From the human T2T-CHM13v2.0 reference genome, Homo sapiens: DNA of 64,000 nucleotides. Position 1 is the stretch's first letter. Every line of letters starts with the position of its first letter. Below the pieces are notes generated by a model. It was not told the origin of the DNA. It did not search any database and worked only from the letters and a program-made list of their open reading frames with translations. The stretch lies in assembly GCF_009914755.1 (NCBI RefSeq), contig NC_060931.1; one strand, 5' to 3'. This document shows positions 45,965 to 64,000 of the stretch, piece by piece. Position numbers and translations under genes: made by a program.

Positions 45965-47081
45965 TAGCTGGGATTACAGGCATGTGCCACCATGCCTGGC
46001 TAATTTTGTATTTTTAGTAGAGATGGTGTTTCACCATGTTGGTCAGACTGGTCTGGAACTCTTACCCTCAGGTGATCCACCCACCTAGGCCTCCCAAAGT
46101 ACTGGGATTATAGGCATGAGCCACCACGCCTGGCCTTAGATTTTTTTTTTTTTAATATACTTTTTCTTATGTATCTAGTGAAAGCATAATTGTTCCTTTA
46201 ATCTGTTAGGTGGTGAGTTCTAAGAATTGATTTTCTAATAGTAAAATAAACTTTCCTAGGCAGAAGTCTACTTTGTGATGGCATATTATTCTTTTCACAT
46301 GCTGTAGGATTTGGTTTGCTAATACTTTGTTTATTACTTTTATGTTTATGAATTACCTTGGCCTGTGGTTTTTCTTTGTAATACTGCCCTTATGAATTTT
46401 TTTGTAGAGTTAGGCGAACTTCATAAAATGAATTACAGAGTGCTACTGATTTAATTTCCCTGAAGGAATTTCATGATACTTACAATCCCTGTGTAAGTTT
46501 GGAATTAAAGTATTTCTTGAATATATGGTAGCAGTCAGGGACTGGGCCTTTCTTTGTGGGAAGATTTTAACTCTGGATTCAGTTTTCGTAAAGGTTTATC
46601 TATAGGACTCTATTCTACTTGAGATACTATGGTAGACAGTTTCTTTTTTTCTAGGAATTTATACATTTTATATAAATTTTCAATTTTATTGATATAGGTA
46701 GTTGATAATAACCTCTTGGTAATTCTTTCTCTGTGTCATCTAACGTTATGAATTTTCTTTTTCATTCCCAGTGCTGATTTTATAGGCCTTCCCTATTTCT
46801 TTCTCTTTCCTCAATATGGATTTTCAATTTTATTGGTTTCTTTGAAAAAATACATTAATCGTTCTGTTTCATTTTATTAATTTCCTTTTATTTGGGAATA
46901 TTTTACTATGCCTTGTCAATGTTTTGAGTACTTTTTTTTACAGTAGTAAAATATACATAACATAAAATTTACTACTTTAATCATATTCAAGTATATAATT
47001 CTGTGGCATTAAGTACATTCATAGTGTTCTGTAACTTTCACTGCTATTTCCAGAACTTTTTCATCATCCTGAGAAGAACTT

Positions 47082-52185
<5,104 letters not shown>

Positions 52186-52269
52186 CTGAGCAGAACTTCT
52201 TTACCCATTAAGCAAGAACTCCTCCCTATTGCCCCTTCCTCCTAGCCCCTGGTAACCTCTTTTCTGCTT

Positions 52270-53100
52270 TCACAAATAGAACTTTTTATTTGCCACAATT
52301 AGAAAACAGATTATTGGACTGTGGTTCATATCCAACAGCTCATTCAACATTAGCACGTATCTCATCCCCAGTTGCTTTTCCAGCACTGCTACCTTCACTG
52401 TGAAGCTCCATGAGTTTTTCCAGTTCAAACCTGGGCTTCTTCAGCATTTTTACTTTTCTACTGAAAACATCATGGAGAGGAGAAATAGATTGGCAAGCCT
52501 TTTCTATGTCTTTTCCAGTGCTATCCGGAATCAATGTATTGACCACATCTTTCAAGTCATTTGTCTGTACCTGTCAGGTCATGATTTCCAGCATCTTCTT
52601 CTGGATTTGGCAGACCTGTTGGTGCAGAGCATAAGAGATCTTCCGTATCTGATTGTTGGTTTTTTTAGTAAAACCAATACAGAACAAATGAAACAAGTAA
52701 TCATAAGTAGTAGTCTTGATGTCAACATGAGCTTCAATCATGGTCTGCCATTTTTTCACCCTGGAACACATTTTGTCCTGGAGTAAGACCCATGCCATGG
52801 AAGTTAAGTCAGGCAATTTTTGCCCTGAACATCTTTGATAATCAGTTTGAATTTTCTAAATGCAACTTCATCATTCTGCAAGTCAACAAAGACTCACTGC
52901 AAACACATAACCCTTGAGACCATCAGATGCAATTTTTGTTCCTTGGTTTTGGTGATTAGTGTCTTTCTGATATTTCTTGGACATAGCAGGAGCTTTCACA
53001 TCATACCAATCTTTCTAAGAAAATGGATCAACTACCTTTTTGGCTCCCTTTGCTGCCTTTCATAAGGTGCTTGTTCTTGACAACTGCTATCGTGCTGCTC
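52270..53100 (-). pseudogene. RPS3A processed pseudogene
   Basis: Intronless homology ([49 protein letters not shown]); start codon mutated to ATA (53088-53090); frameshifts; AATAAA at 52285-52290 on the minus strand. Confidence 0.93.
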
Positions 53101-61000
<7,900 letters not shown>

Positions 61001-61009
61001 TTTCATATT

Positions 61010-61495
61010 ATGAAGGATGTTCACTGTGTACTGGTTACCATTTTAGCCCACTATATCTTGGGCTGTATTTTTACTACTTGCCTGAGTCCAGTGAGTCAAA
61101 ACATTTATAAGCACAACAGGTTACATGAAGTCCAGTTTTATTACCCACAGATGGGCAGCAAGGGACAGGAGAAGCTTAGCATTCATTGCAAATCGGTCCC
61201 TCAAGGCTTGGGAAAGCTGCCCAGAGCAGATGGTCTCTTGTCTGTGGATCGCAGCTAAGGGACCCAGGAAAGAAGGTTTATGTCCCAGGAGCAACATGTT
61301 TCACTGGGCTAAAGCATTGGAGGACATCCTGTCTGAGGGTGGAGGGAATGACAGGAACAGAAACGGAGGCTCTTCCAACCAGCTCCTCCTTGTCTCAGGA
61401 TGCTTCATTCCCAGCATGTTATACAGTTACACAAAGGTGTGGGGCAGGGCAGGGAACTGGCTTGATTCAAGGCAACCTGGAGCACTGCCCTGTAC
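61010..61495. mobile_element. Solo LTR-like element (family uncertain) inside L1M
   Basis: TG...ACA-bounded, more GC-rich block in AT-rich L1M; contains TGAGTCA at ~61092. Confidence 0.4.
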
Positions 61496-62479
61496 ATGTG
61501 CTTATTATTTGAATGTGTATCTGTTAGCATTCTGTTTTTTTTTTTTCCTTTAACCTCTCTCTATGTATTTGAAGTAGATTTCTTGTAGATAGTATTTACT
61601 TGTTTTTTGTTATTTATGTATGTAAGAGTCAGTACTATTAGTGGTATTGACAGGACCACGGACAACACTATTTTGCGTTATATATATCCTCTCCCTTGTC
61701 TGTCATGGATGTTGGAATAAAGTTGCTGGATTGGTGGTGATCCATATCATGATCCTGTCATTTAACTCACTTGTGTTGTGATCTACCATGTGTAATAAGA
61801 GACTTTAAATCCATGTACATCTCTTTTGTGGAGCTAGGCAGTCAAAGAAGTGCGAGCCATTCCTAGCACATAATGTCAAAACATAAGCCCTGCATTATGC
61901 TTAGGTTTAGAAACTAAAACTTCACAGAAAGGAGATAACAAATCATATTCACATCTCAAAACCCAAAAACTTGAAACATTTCATTTGTAGAAAAAAGGAA
62001 TAAGAGGCCAGGTATGATGGGTTATGCTTGTAATCCCAGCACTCTGGGAGGCTGAGACAGGCGGATTGCTTGAGGCCAGGAGTTTGAGACCATCCTGGAC
62101 AACATAGTGAAACCCTGTCTCTACTAAAAATACAAAAAAAATTAGTGGAGTGTGGTGGCACAGGCCTGTAGTCCCAGCTACTCAGGAGGCTGAAGTGGGA
62201 GAATCACCTGAGCCCGAGAGGTGGAGGCTACAGTGAGCCAAGATCATGCTGCTGCATTCCAGCTTGGGCAACCAGAGTGAGACCTTGTTTCAAAAAAAAA
62301 AAAAAAAAAAAAGGAATAAGGCCAGGCACCATGGCTTATGCCTGTAATCACAGCACTTTGGGAGGCCAAGGCAGGAGGATCCCTTGAGCCCAGGAGTTTG
62401 AGAGCAGCCTGGGCAATACAGTGAGACCCAGTCTGTACATTAAAAAAAAAAAATTATCCAGGCATGGTGGTGCAGTTTT

Positions 62480-63787
<1,308 letters not shown>

Positions 63788-64000
63788 TCAATTTGTTCCT
63801 TATTAGGTAGAGGTATATCCATGACTCAGAATTTATTTGTAGCCTTAGAGGTCATACTTTGAGGGAGTCAATATAGATGAGATTGTGCTGGTCCTCATCT
63901 ACCTGATTCAGAAAGAGCCAGCTATTGTCATCTGATTTTAGCTGGACGGTACAGGGCTTACTGCCCAGGTTTACCAGGTACCAGCCTAGGCTAGACCTGT

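Overview
Human-type (primate) genomic DNA spanning the upstream region, CpG-island promoter, coding exon 1 and about 41 kb of intron 1 of TRIM24 (TIF1-alpha; + strand, ATG 22243, splice donor after 22606). Exon 2 was not seen in the window. The first 13 kb is a nested insertion complex: an old MaLR (MLT1-like) LTR contains a MER21-like LTR, which contains an Alu and a near full-length, minus-strand HERV-I/IP10-type provirus. The provirus spans 851-12329, with LTR10-like LTRs, a 4-bp TSD ACTT, a tRNA-Pro-like PBS and decayed gag/pro/pol/env. An IMPDH1 processed pseudogene interrupts its env and an AluY interrupts its 5' LTR. Intron 1 carries dozens of mostly antisense Alus, a 5.1-kb antisense L1PA, an RPS3A retrocopy, a U13 snoRNA retrocopy, old L1M/L2/LTR fragments and a Tigger DNA transposon. 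I see no convincing new multi-gene system. The most noteworthy observations are a spacer micro-inversion between head-to-head Alus with swapped TSDs, a 24-nt templated insertion apparently copied from 1.9 kb away, AP-1 repeat asymmetry between the two LTRs near TRIM24, and a chimeric antisense-IMPDH1/env ORF with a signal-peptide-like start. Repeat subfamily names and some boundaries are by-eye calls, not database results.
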